From the NCBI RefSeq assembly GCF_041904975.1, contig NZ_JAYRLZ010000001.1, forward strand, positions 1-55,045: a DNA stretch of 55,045 nucleotides, written 5' to 3'. Shown here piece after piece: positions 27,033-36,025 of this stretch; within the stretch, counting starts at the first letter, position 1, and each line of letters begins with the position of its first letter. The position numbers and the translations under genes are program-made. The DNA comes from Chitinimonas sp. (GTDB lineage Bacteria; Pseudomonadota; Gammaproteobacteria; Burkholderiales; Chitinimonadaceae). The notes below the pieces were generated by a model. That model ran no database searches. It was not told the origin of the DNA and saw only the letters and a list, made by a program, of their open reading frames with translations.

Positions 27033-27914
27033 ATGCAAACCGGTACCATCTACGCGGCCATGGCCTACTTCATGTGGGGCTTGTTGCCGCTTTATCTGCA
27101 TCTGCTCAAGCCGGTTGCACCACTGGAAATCCTGCTGCACCGGGTGTGCTGGTCGCTGGTCTTCCTGCTGCTACTGCTGCTTGGACGTCGCCAATGGCAG
27201 TGGCTGGGCGATGCACTGCGCAACCCGCGGGTGCTGGGGCGATTTGCCGCCAGCGCGCTGGTATTGTCGATCAACTGGTTTCTGTATATCTGGGCGGTGA
27301 ACAACCAGCATGTGGTCGATGCCAGCCTCGGCTATTTCATCAATCCGCTGGTGAATGTGATGTTCGGCTATCTGCTGCTGAAAGAGCGCTTGCGCACCGG
27401 TCAGTGGACGGCGATCGGCATCGCGGCGCTGGGTGTGCTGTGGCTCTCGGTCCTGGCCGGACAGTTGCCTTGGATAGGACTGATCCTCGCTGCAACGTTC
27501 GGCACCTATGGCCTGCTACGCAAGACTGCCAGCCTTGGTGCGCTGGAAGGTCTGTCGCTCGAGACCCTGCTACTTACCCCGTTTGCCGCCGGCTATCTGA
27601 TCTGGCTGACCATGCAAGGGCAGAGCGGATTTGCCAACGGCAGCGACCATATGCGCGCCTTGCTGGTGGCGGCAGGTCCGATTACCGCCATCCCTTTACT
27701 GCTGTTTGCCGCCGGCGCACGGCGTATTCCGATGTCGCTGCTTGGTTTGCTGCAATACATCGGGCCGACGCTGCAGATGGCGCTGGGCGTATTCCTGTGG
27801 GGCGAACCATTCAGCCAAGGCAAGCTGATCGGCTTTGCGCTGATCTGGTCGGCGTTGGCTTTCTACACTCTCGAGGGATTCTGGGTGCGACGCAAACAGG
27901 CAGCGCTGGCTTGA
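27033..27914 (+). CDS. rarD: EamA-family transporter RarD
   Basis: [26 protein letters not shown] and [10 protein letters not shown] motifs; 10 TM helices. Confidence 0.92.
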   Translation: MQTGTIYAAMAYFMWGLLPLYLHLLKPVAPLEILLHRVCWSLVFLLLLLLGRRQWQWLGDALRNPRVLGRFAASALVLSINWFLYIWAVNNQHVVDASLGYFINPLVNVMFGYLLLKERLRTGQWTAIGIAALGVLWLSVLAGQLPWIGLILAATFGTYGLLRKTASLGALEGLSLETLLLTPFAAGYLIWLTMQGQSGFANGSDHMRALLVAAGPITAIPLLLFAAGARRIPMSLLGLLQYIGPTLQMALGVFLWGEPFSQGKLIGFALIWSALAFYTLEGFWVRRKQAALA

Positions 27915-27954
27915 TGCCAACGCTGCGCCTGTCGCCATAGTGCTCTGCAGCTTG

Positions 27955-27991
27955 GCCGGCAAACCGCACAGCTGCGATTCGCCGGCTTTTT
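27955..27991 (+). terminator. Rho-independent terminator after rarD
   Basis: GCCGGC...CGCA-CAGC-TGCG...GCCGGC stem followed by TTTTT. Confidence 0.5.
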
Positions 27992-28029
27992 CCACATTTG
28001 CCTGTGCCGCACCCGCCCCCATGGGCACG

Positions 28030-28197
28030 TCAGCGCGCCAGCTTGTCCTGTTGCTGGCGCTGCGCCGCTTCGTCCTCGGCGATATGGCGGCGCACAAACA
28101 CCACCATATAGCTGGCAATACCGATCACCACGCCAATGGTGACGAGGCTGAGCAGGCCGATGTCGGTAGTGAACAGATCCTGTACGGCAATATTCAT
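28030..28197 (-). CDS. Small single-TM membrane protein, DUF3149-like (55 aa)
   Basis: Manual translation: MNIAVQDLFTTDIGLLSLVTIGVVIGIASYMVVFVRRHIAEDEAAQRQQQDKLAR. AGGAG RBS; LF-TD-GL-S pattern. Below the ORF-track length cutoff. Confidence 0.8.
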   Translation of the reverse strand: MNIAVQDLFTTDIGLLSLVTIGVVIGIASYMVVFVRRHIAEDEAAQRQQQDKLAR

Positions 28198-28266
28198 GAT
28201 GAACTCCTGGCTGGTTTGAATGCGATTTCTTGCTTGCCATTACACGCCAGCAGCAGCGCGCTTGAT

Positions 28267-28280
28267 TTGACCTTGGTCAA
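28267..28280 (-). promoter_or_regulatory. FNR/Anr-like box
   Basis: TTGAC-CTTG-GTCAA palindrome; a TGTAAT -10 at 28244-28239 gives -41.5 geometry for the DUF3149-like gene. Confidence 0.6.
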
Positions 28281-28418
28281 TGGATGGCCAAGCGGTGGCA
28301 AACTGCTACGATTCGGCTGCGCCAGGCTGTGCGGCTGCGGGGTAGAGCCTGCGCAAGAGGCGATGGCCGATTCCCGCAATGCGTCAACAGTGCCTAGCCT
28401 GCGCAATCAATCAGGAGC

Positions 28419-29246
28419 ATGAATTTGTCGGTAATACGCAAGCTTCCCCGCCTTCCCAGCCGCCATTACATGTGGTCGCAGCGTGCGGTCACGCCGGAGG
28501 CGCTCAATGTCAGCAATGAGCTGCTCGGTGTGATGCTGGCGCCACCCAAGCGCAGGCTTCTTGCCATAGGGGTGGATTTGCTGGTGGTGGCGGTGCTGTC
28601 GGGCATGCATGGCATCTGGATGATCATTGGCGCCATGGTTCTGGTGTGGCGCCTGGCATTGCGCTGGGGTGCGCAAAGCATCAGCCGCCGCCGCCTGCTG
28701 TTTGCCGGAATCGGCGTGGCCTTCTTGTTGTACGGCGGCATGCAGCAGCTGCTTTCCCAGATGGAACACACCAAGGTCGGCCAGTTGCTGGTGTTTGAAG
28801 AGGAAGATGAGAAGCCGGGCACGGCGAGTGCGGCCGTGCTGAGCGACGCGGAGCGCATCGCTCAGCTGGAGCACGAGCTGGCCCTGGCCCGCCAGCCCCA
28901 TGCCTTTGCCTGGACCGAGCAGCTCAAGCGTTTGCTGCAAAAACTCAGCAACGGCTTTGGCGCCGCCATTCTGTATTTCACCTTTGTGCCGGCCATGTGG
29001 CGCGGCCAGACCCTGGGCAAGCGCCTGTTCGGCTTGCGCGTGGTGGAATTGACCGGCAAGCCTTTATCGGTGATCAACTGTTTCAGCCGCTATGGCGGCT
29101 ATGCTGCAGGCATGGCCACCGGCCTGTTCGGCTTTGCCCAAGTGCTGTGGGACCCGAACCGGCAGGCGATCCAGGACAAGATTGCCCATACCGTGGTGAT
29201 CGATGAGCGTGCACCCCGCATGCAAGTAGGCCCAGCATCTGGCTGA
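28419..29246 (+). CDS. RDD-family membrane protein
   Basis: RRLLAIGVD, GQTLGKRLFGLRVV and RQAIQDKIAHTVV; AGGAG RBS. Confidence 0.87.
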   Translation: MNLSVIRKLPRLPSRHYMWSQRAVTPEALNVSNELLGVMLAPPKRRLLAIGVDLLVVAVLSGMHGIWMIIGAMVLVWRLALRWGAQSISRRRLLFAGIGVAFLLYGGMQQLLSQMEHTKVGQLLVFEEEDEKPGTASAAVLSDAERIAQLEHELALARQPHAFAWTEQLKRLLQKLSNGFGAAILYFTFVPAMWRGQTLGKRLFGLRVVELTGKPLSVINCFSRYGGYAAGMATGLFGFAQVLWDPNRQAIQDKIAHTVVIDERAPRMQVGPASG

Positions 29247-29285
29247 TGCCGTATGGCTGGCGTGCGTCCGGGCAGCTCGGCCTAC
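29226..29285. repeat. Degenerate GTAG...CTAC REP-like inverted repeat overlapping the RDD stop codon
   Basis: GTAGGCCCAGC at 29226 and GCTCGGCCTAC ending at 29285. Confidence 0.45.
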
Positions 29286-29336
29286 GAACGCTGGCTCGGC
29301 CGCAAATTTCCATAGGGAGAGGGACGGGGCAATAGC

Positions 29337-30425
29337 ATGGGGAACTGGTTGCTGCTGATCGCCTTTGGTCAAGGCGTGTTTCTCGCGCTGGCCTTGATTG
29401 CGGTGCGACAACCGCAGCCAAGCCGCTTGCCGGCGCGCCTGCTGGCCGCCCTGGTGCTGGTATTTGCCTTGATCATCGGCCATGCCTGGCTCGCGGGTGC
29501 CGGCCGCTTCGATCAGTCACCGCGCCTTGCATCAGCCATTGCGCCTTTGCCGTTATTGATCGGACCCTTGCTATGGCTGCATCTTTGCAGTCTGCTGCGC
29601 GCCGAGCGCGCCCGTCGGGCATGGGCCTGGCACTTTCTGCCCTTTGGCTTGGCCCTGGTCGCCTGGTTGCCGCATTACCTGGGTATGGCGCCCGCAGCAG
29701 CGGCCGGCGAGCGCGGTGCTTTGCCCTGGTATCTCGCAGGTTTTGGTCTGGCCAAGGCGGTGCTTATCGTTGCCTATCTATTGCCAAGCCATCGCCTGAT
29801 TGCCGAGGCACGACAGGCGCAGACTGGCTGGGCACTGCTTGGCCCCATGCATGCGCTGGTGCGCGGTTTGCTTGTCGGTTTGCTTGGTGTCGCGGCCCTG
29901 TTTGTTGCCGAAGCGGCAGGTTTGCCGGTGCCGGTGTCGTCCGACAACGCGGGTGCTACGGTGTTGACCCTGTTTGTCTACAGCCTTGCCCTGTGTGCCA
30001 TGCGCTTGCCGATGGCGCCTGCGCCGGCTACCAGTCCGGCAGCCACTACCAAGCCGGCGCCAGATGTAGGCGAGCTGGTGCCGTTTCTGGACAAACTGCG
30101 CCAGAGCATGGAGCGGGATGAAATGTTTCGCGACGGCGAACTGAGCCTGGAGCAGCTGGCCAGCCATCTTGCACTGACGCCGCATGAGTTGTCGCGGCTG
30201 GTCAATCAGGTTTGCCAGGTCAGCTTTCAGGAATATCTGAATGCCTATCGGGTTGCGGCGCTCAAGCAGGCCATGCTGGCGCCGCAGAACGATGGCGCCA
30301 CCATACTTGATCTCGCCATGGCGGCTGGCTTCAATAGCAAGAGTTCGCTGAACCGCGTGTTCAAACAACATACCGGCATGACCCCGACACAGTTTCGCCA
30401 GCAAGGCATGGTTGATCCGGGCTGA
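29337..30425 (+). CDS. Membrane-integrated AraC-family transcriptional regulator
   Basis: About 7 N-terminal TM helices; C-terminal LSLEQLA...YLNAYRV...AGFNSKSSLNRVFKQHTGMTPTQFR. Confidence 0.88.
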   Translation: MGNWLLLIAFGQGVFLALALIAVRQPQPSRLPARLLAALVLVFALIIGHAWLAGAGRFDQSPRLASAIAPLPLLIGPLLWLHLCSLLRAERARRAWAWHFLPFGLALVAWLPHYLGMAPAAAAGERGALPWYLAGFGLAKAVLIVAYLLPSHRLIAEARQAQTGWALLGPMHALVRGLLVGLLGVAALFVAEAAGLPVPVSSDNAGATVLTLFVYSLALCAMRLPMAPAPATSPAATTKPAPDVGELVPFLDKLRQSMERDEMFRDGELSLEQLASHLALTPHELSRLVNQVCQVSFQEYLNAYRVAALKQAMLAPQNDGATILDLAMAAGFNSKSSLNRVFKQHTGMTPTQFRQQGMVDPG

Positions 30426-30440
30426 TGCGCTGCGGACAAG

Positions 30441-30462
30441 GTCCCAAATCATGATTTGAGAC
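30441..30462. promoter_or_regulatory. 22-bp near-perfect palindrome, candidate operator
   Basis: GTCCCAAATCATGATTTGAGAC between the AraC stop and the hydrolase start. Confidence 0.55.
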
Positions 30463-30518
30463 GCGGCACCTTGCGAAAATCGCTAGTTTTCGCCGCTTCT
30501 GTCGCTTTGGAGTGCTCT

Positions 30519-31628
30519 GTGAATCGCTATCTCGCCCCCCTGTTTCTCGCTGGCAGTTTGCTTGCCCTGGTTGCGCCACCCTGTGCTGCCGCCGACAAGG
30601 TGCGCGAGTTGCCAGCTGCTGCCACACCCATGCCAGGGTGTGGCGAGACGGCTGGCAAGGCCGGCCGCCCCTTGCGCGAGCAGGGCTATTGGTCAGTTGG
30701 CGGCATCGAGCAATGGCTGACTATCGAAAGCGCTAACTGCAACAATCCGGTTTTGCTGTTTGTGCACGGCGGGCCAGGCAATCCGGTAAGCCCGTTTTCC
30801 CATGCCATGTATGGCGCCTGGGCCAAGGACTTTACCCTGGTGCAATGGGATCAGCGTGGCGCCGGCAAGACCTTTGCCCGAAACCCGCACACCGCCGATG
30901 CCAGCCTTAGCCTTGAGCAAATGAGCGCCGATGGCATCGAAGTGGCGCAACTGCTGCAGCGCCATCTGGGCCAGCGCAAGATCATCCTCACCGGTAGCTC
31001 TTGGGGGAGCGTACTGGGCATCATGATGGCCAAACAAAGGCCGGATCTGTTTCATGCCTATATCGGTGTGTCACAGATGGTCAGCGCCAGCGCCAATGAG
31101 TCGGCTGCTTACACGCTGACGCTGGCAGCCGCCACCAAGGCGGGAGACGCCAAGACCGTGGCGGCACTGCAGGAGATCGGCCCGCCACCGCGCAGCAGTC
31201 CGCGCGCCTTTGGCATATTGCGGCGGGCGATCAGGGCCTATGAGCGCAAAGTGACCATTGCCGCCCCGGCCAAGTGGTGGAACAAGGAAGCCCAATACGC
31301 GACGCCCGCGGCTCTGGCAGCTGACGAGCAGGGCGAGGAGTACTCCTTTATGCAGTTTGTCGGCCTCAAGGGCGACGGCATGCTGTCGCGGATCGATCTG
31401 CCCGCACTCGGCACCCGGTTCGAGATTCCGATCTACTTGCTGCAAGGCCAGGAAGATCTGCTCACCCCTGCGGTAGTCACCCAGCCGTATTTCGACAGCC
31501 TCGAGGCACCCGCCAAGGCGATGGTGATGGTGCCCAAGGCTGGGCATGACCCGAATCCGGCACTATTGGATGCACAGTGGAAGGTGTTGAAAGAGCGCGT
31601 GCTGCCGGGTTTGCGCGGCAATCAGTAG
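30519..31628 (+). CDS. Secreted alpha/beta hydrolase (proline iminopeptidase-like)
   Basis: Signal peptide after a GTG start with GGAG RBS; HGGPG, WDQRGAG, GSSWG, GQED and AGH motifs. Confidence 0.85.
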   Translation: MNRYLAPLFLAGSLLALVAPPCAAADKVRELPAAATPMPGCGETAGKAGRPLREQGYWSVGGIEQWLTIESANCNNPVLLFVHGGPGNPVSPFSHAMYGAWAKDFTLVQWDQRGAGKTFARNPHTADASLSLEQMSADGIEVAQLLQRHLGQRKIILTGSSWGSVLGIMMAKQRPDLFHAYIGVSQMVSASANESAAYTLTLAAATKAGDAKTVAALQEIGPPPRSSPRAFGILRRAIRAYERKVTIAAPAKWWNKEAQYATPAALAADEQGEEYSFMQFVGLKGDGMLSRIDLPALGTRFEIPIYLLQGQEDLLTPAVVTQPYFDSLEAPAKAMVMVPKAGHDPNPALLDAQWKVLKERVLPGLRGNQ

Positions 31629-31776
31629 TTTGTCGCACTCTTGGTATCGGGATGGCAGCAATAGAAGGGGACTGTTGTAGCCAGGCCGCATCACTCTGTA
31701 ATGGTGCGTGACACCGACTGGATGAATTTGTAGCATACGCATCGGTATGGTTTCAATTCACGCGATGCGAGTAGAT

Positions 31777-32796
31777 ATGAGTATGTTCAAGTTCAGCTTT
31801 GCGGCGTTTGTTGCCGCGCTTTTCATTTATCCGGCTGCCACGGCGGCCGAGGCGGCGGAGGTGGTGAAGACTGGCGCCTGGGACCCGTTTTCGGTTCGCA
31901 TTCAATCGGAAGATGCGCAACGCTTTGCCAAGCTATATCTGGCGCAAAAAGGTGTCCTCACCAGCGAAGCGCTGCAGCGCGGCTATCTCGACGGTGCCGG
32001 GCGCGGCGTGGCGGTGTTTACGCCGCAACGCATTGAAAATGCAGAAAATCTAGCTTTGTCGGTAAAAAAGCGCGGCGGCGACTATGCCTATGCCATTGAG
32101 AACTGCCTGCCGATTCTGGATAGCCTGAACGCCGAGATGCGGGCGATCTATCTGGCTTTGCATGGCCTGCTGCCGGAAGCTCGCCTACCTGCTGTTTATG
32201 TCGTATTTGGTGCCGGGAATTCTGGGGGCCATGCTGTCGCCGATAGCCAGGTCATTGGCCTGGAAGTGGCGTGCAAAAAAGGCGTGTCGATGGATGAGTT
32301 TCGTCGCTATATGCGCATGATGTTTGCGCATGAATCGGTACACAGCCTGCAGACACATAGTGAAGCGGCCTATACCAGCCAGCAGGACAGTATGCTGTCG
32401 ACGGCCATTGCCGAGGGCACCGCAGACTATATCGCGAGTATCGTGTTGGGTAAGGTGCCGGACCCGGAGCGTGATCAATGGGCACGTGACAATAGCGAAA
32501 TGCTGTGGAAGGCCTTTGCGGCAGATCGCGAGACGGTGCTGCAGGCCAAGGTGTCGGTTTGGTCTGGTGACTCGCCCGCGCGCCGCGCCTTCTTTCGTTG
32601 GTTCGCCAATGCTGGCTCCCCTCCCAAGGGTTGGCATTCCGAGGCTGGCTACTGGATAGGTCGACAAATCGCCGCTGCGTTCGTAGAACGTTCGCCCGAC
32701 AAGCTGGCTGCTATCAAGCGTTTGCTGGCGATGGATGATATTGCCGGCATTTTGCGCGACAGCGGGATCAAACTGGAGCCAGGCGCCCCAAGCTAG
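31777..32796 (+). CDS. Secreted putative Zn-dependent peptidase (DUF2268-like gluzincin)
   Basis: Signal peptide; AHESVH (HExxH), downstream EGTADY, and GYWIG. Confidence 0.7.
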   Translation: MSMFKFSFAAFVAALFIYPAATAAEAAEVVKTGAWDPFSVRIQSEDAQRFAKLYLAQKGVLTSEALQRGYLDGAGRGVAVFTPQRIENAENLALSVKKRGGDYAYAIENCLPILDSLNAEMRAIYLALHGLLPEARLPAVYVVFGAGNSGGHAVADSQVIGLEVACKKGVSMDEFRRYMRMMFAHESVHSLQTHSEAAYTSQQDSMLSTAIAEGTADYIASIVLGKVPDPERDQWARDNSEMLWKAFAADRETVLQAKVSVWSGDSPARRAFFRWFANAGSPPKGWHSEAGYWIGRQIAAAFVERSPDKLAAIKRLLAMDDIAGILRDSGIKLEPGAPS

Positions 32797-32840
32797 CTGC
32801 CCGTAGCGCAATACCGTCGCTTGCTTAGGCGAGCGGCGGT

Positions 32841-34403
32841 TCAAGCCTGGCTCGGGTAGCCGGTGATGTCGCGGATATCTTCGTACAGCGGTTGCAGGCG
32901 CTGGTACATGCGCTGGTAAACCCGGGTGTAGAGCTGCTCATAGGTGTAGGCATGCTCGGGCTGCGGCTCGAAGACCTGGCCAATGCGTGTCATCTCGCGG
33001 ATGGCGCTGGCGAAGTCGTGGTGCAGACCAAGGCCCACCGAGGCGATGATGGCGCCGCCGAGGCCGCTGGTTTCATACAGATGCGGGCGTTCGCTGGGCA
33101 GATTGAACACATTGGCGGTGATCTGCATGGCGGCATCGCTTTGCGAGCCGCCGCCTGATACCCGCACCCGGCTGATGGCGGTGCCGGAGCGTTTTTCGAT
33201 GCGCTCCTTGCCCTCGCGCAATGCATAGGTCAGTCCTTCGATAATCGCCCGGTACAGATGGGCGCGGGTATGGGCATCGCCAAAGCCGATCACCGCGCCC
33301 TTGGCTTCGGGACCCGGCACCTTGATGCCGGGGTTCCAGAACGGTTGCAGCATCAGGCCGAGCGAGCCCGGTGGTACCGCGCCGACCAGCTTGTCGAACA
33401 GGCTCTCCGGCGATACACCCAACTGCTCGGCCTCCAGCTGCTCATGCAGGCCGAATTGCTCCTTGAACCAGCTCACCATCCAGAAGCCACGGGTGATCTG
33501 GATTTCCGTGTTGTAGTGGCCCGGTATTGCTGCCTGATAAGGCGGAATGAATGGCGTCGCCTCGACATAGCGCGGGGTCGTGGTGTTGATGGTGGCCGCT
33601 GTGCCATAGGACAGGCAGGCAATCTCCGGCGTCAGGCAGCCGGCACCGATCACTTCGCAGGCCTTGTCGGCGGCGCCGGCAATGATGGGGGTGCCGACCG
33701 GTATGCCGGTTTCCGCCGCTACCTTGGCATCGACCTGGCCGATCACCGTGCCCGGAGCCACCAATTCCGGCAGCATGTCCGGCGTGATCGGCAGGGCATT
33801 CCACTTCCAGTCGTGTGTCGCCGCCCAGCGCCCCTGCTTGTAGTCGAACGGAATATAGCCAACCTGGCTGCCGGTGGAGTCGACATATCGGCCGGTGAAG
33901 CGGTAATTCAGATAGCCCGACAGCAGCAGGTATTTATGCGTCCTGGCCCAGATGTCGGGCTGATGCTGGGCGATCCAGTTGCATTCTGCCTCGCGCTGGA
34001 AATGCTTGAGCACATCGCTCATGCCGATCGCCTTGAAGGCAATATTCCACCACCAGGGCAGCGAGCGCGTTTGTTCGGCGCGGCGCTGGTCCATCCAGAT
34101 AATGGCTGGCCGCAAGGGCTTGCCGTCACGATCGAGATTGATCACCGTGGCGCGCTGGGTGGTGATCACCACACCGCGTACTGCGCTTTTCGGTACGCTG
34201 GTATTGGCCCATAGATGCTGGCAGGCCTGGCACAGCGCCTGCCAGAAGGCCTCCGGGTCGTTTTCCACCCAGCCCGGTTCCGGGCTTTGATAGCTGCTGA
34301 TACTGACCTGGGCCTTGTCCACCAGATGGCCGCGCGGGTCGAACAGCAGGGCGCGGACGCTTTGTGTGCCATTGTCGATGGTCAGAAGGTAGTCGTTACT
34401 CAT
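32841..34403 (-). CDS. FGGY-family carbohydrate kinase
   Basis: IDNGTQS, IIWMDQR, GAADKACE, RAIIEG and VSGGGSQS motifs. Confidence 0.92.
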   Translation of the reverse strand: MSNDYLLTIDNGTQSVRALLFDPRGHLVDKAQVSISSYQSPEPGWVENDPEAFWQALCQACQHLWANTSVPKSAVRGVVITTQRATVINLDRDGKPLRPAIIWMDQRRAEQTRSLPWWWNIAFKAIGMSDVLKHFQREAECNWIAQHQPDIWARTHKYLLLSGYLNYRFTGRYVDSTGSQVGYIPFDYKQGRWAATHDWKWNALPITPDMLPELVAPGTVIGQVDAKVAAETGIPVGTPIIAGAADKACEVIGAGCLTPEIACLSYGTAATINTTTPRYVEATPFIPPYQAAIPGHYNTEIQITRGFWMVSWFKEQFGLHEQLEAEQLGVSPESLFDKLVGAVPPGSLGLMLQPFWNPGIKVPGPEAKGAVIGFGDAHTRAHLYRAIIEGLTYALREGKERIEKRSGTAISRVRVSGGGSQSDAAMQITANVFNLPSERPHLYETSGLGGAIIASVGLGLHHDFASAIREMTRIGQVFEPQPEHAYTYEQLYTRVYQRMYQRLQPLYEDIRDITGYPSQA

Positions 34404-34415
34404 GGCAGATCGGCT

Positions 34416-36023
34416 CTACGGGTTGGCAGGCAGGCTGTAGTGGCTGGTGATGATGCTGCGGTAGCGGGCAAGCTCTTGTTGCCACTGTGCATCGCTCCAG
34501 CCGAGTTGGGTCTGGCACAGGCTGCGGATGCGCTCGGCATGCGCCAGGCCGCCATCGGGCAGCAGGATGCCGAGGCGAACCCGGCGCAGCAGCAGATCAT
34601 CGAGATGCACCACCTGTTCATGGCGGGCGGCGTGGCGCAGCTCCAGCCACAGGGTTTCGGTGCCGGGGATAAAGCACAGCTCGCTCGCGTTGGCATCATT
34701 AAGCACATCGGCCGCCTGCGCGCCAAAGCGGGCAGCCAGGCGACGCGCGACAGCCGGGGCGAGGCTGGCCGGCAACGACGTGGCCGGGCGAAATACCGGC
34801 CCATCACTGAGCCGGTATGGCGGGAATGCGCTGGCAGTGCCGGGCAGCGTTTGCTGCGACCATTGGCGTTGCACCGCGGCGAGGGCATCGAGTGCCATCA
34901 GCCGGAAGGTGGTCAGCTTGCCGCCGGTAACGGTGACCATGCCTTGTTCATCCAGCACCACATGGTCGCGCCCCGAGGCCGAAGGGGCCTTGGCACCATC
35001 GCTGACCACCGGGCGCACGCCGGCATAGCAGGCGGCGATATCGGCGCGGCCAAGCGACAGGCCCGGGAACTGGTCATTGACCGCTGCCAGCAAGTAATCG
35101 ACCTCGGCCGGGCTGATGCTGGCTTCGCGGTCGAGATCGCCGACGTGGTCGATATCGGTGGTACCGATCAGGGTGCTGCCTTCCCAAGGGTAAAAGAACA
35201 CCGGCCGGCCATCCTGCGGGTGCATCAGGCTGATTGCCTGCGCCACCGGCAGGCGCCAGGCCGGAATCACCAAGTGGCTGCCGCGCAAGGGCCGTAGCAA
35301 AGGCGGGCGATCCAGTTTGCCGCGTAGCCGGTCGGCCCATACCCCGGTGGCATTGACTACGGCGCGAGCCCGCACCGTATGGCTGCGACCGCTTTCCAGG
35401 TCTTCCAGCTGCATGCCGACGACGCGGCCGTTTTCCAGCACCGGTGTGCGCGCTGCCAGATAGTTGAGCGCCAGCGCACCATCCTGACGCGCCTCCTGCA
35501 GTACCCGCAACACCAGCCGCGCATCGTCGGTCTTGGCATCGAGATAGCTCATCGCCCCCTTGAGCGCCGGCGGGCGCAGGCCCGGTGCCAGGGCAGCTAC
35601 ATTGCCTGCGTTGACATAGCGATGGCTGGACGTGCCGGCCATCAGGTCGTAGACGCGCAGGCCAAATTCAAACAAATGGCGGCCGGGCTTGCGGCCCTGG
35701 CAGTCGGCAAACAGAAAGCTTTGCGATTCGATCAGCTCGGGTGCTTCGCGCATCAACCGCTGCCGCTCGCGTACCGAATGCCAGGTGGTGCGGAGCTGGC
35801 CTTCCTTCAGGTAGCGCAGGCCGCCATGCACCAGCTTGGACGAGCGACTGGAGGTGCCAAAGGCAAAGTCGCGCTGCTCGATCAACAACGCTTTCCAGCC
35901 CAGCCGGGCCGCCTCGCGCAATACCCCGGCGCCGGAAATGCCGCCACCAATCACCAGCAGGTCCCAGTCATTGGCGGCCAGCCGGGCGAGCAGGGCTGCC
36001 CGACTGCTTGATGATGCGCTCAT
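34416..36023 (-). CDS. FAD-dependent glycerol-3-phosphate dehydrogenase/oxidase family
   Basis: IGGGISGAG, GTSSRSSKLVHGGLRYL, DDARL and GGKLTTFR motifs. Confidence 0.92.
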   Translation of the reverse strand: MSASSSSRAALLARLAANDWDLLVIGGGISGAGVLREAARLGWKALLIEQRDFAFGTSSRSSKLVHGGLRYLKEGQLRTTWHSVRERQRLMREAPELIESQSFLFADCQGRKPGRHLFEFGLRVYDLMAGTSSHRYVNAGNVAALAPGLRPPALKGAMSYLDAKTDDARLVLRVLQEARQDGALALNYLAARTPVLENGRVVGMQLEDLESGRSHTVRARAVVNATGVWADRLRGKLDRPPLLRPLRGSHLVIPAWRLPVAQAISLMHPQDGRPVFFYPWEGSTLIGTTDIDHVGDLDREASISPAEVDYLLAAVNDQFPGLSLGRADIAACYAGVRPVVSDGAKAPSASGRDHVVLDEQGMVTVTGGKLTTFRLMALDALAAVQRQWSQQTLPGTASAFPPYRLSDGPVFRPATSLPASLAPAVARRLAARFGAQAADVLNDANASELCFIPGTETLWLELRHAARHEQVVHLDDLLLRRVRLGILLPDGGLAHAERIRSLCQTQLGWSDAQWQQELARYRSIITSHYSLPANP

Positions 36024-36025
36024 GT

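Noticed and set aside
27696-28422. ORF-track calls 27696-28118, 27863-28240 and 27940-28422
   Set aside because: The region is better explained by the 55-aa DUF3149-like ORF with its RBS and promoter; the other ORFs lack motifs.
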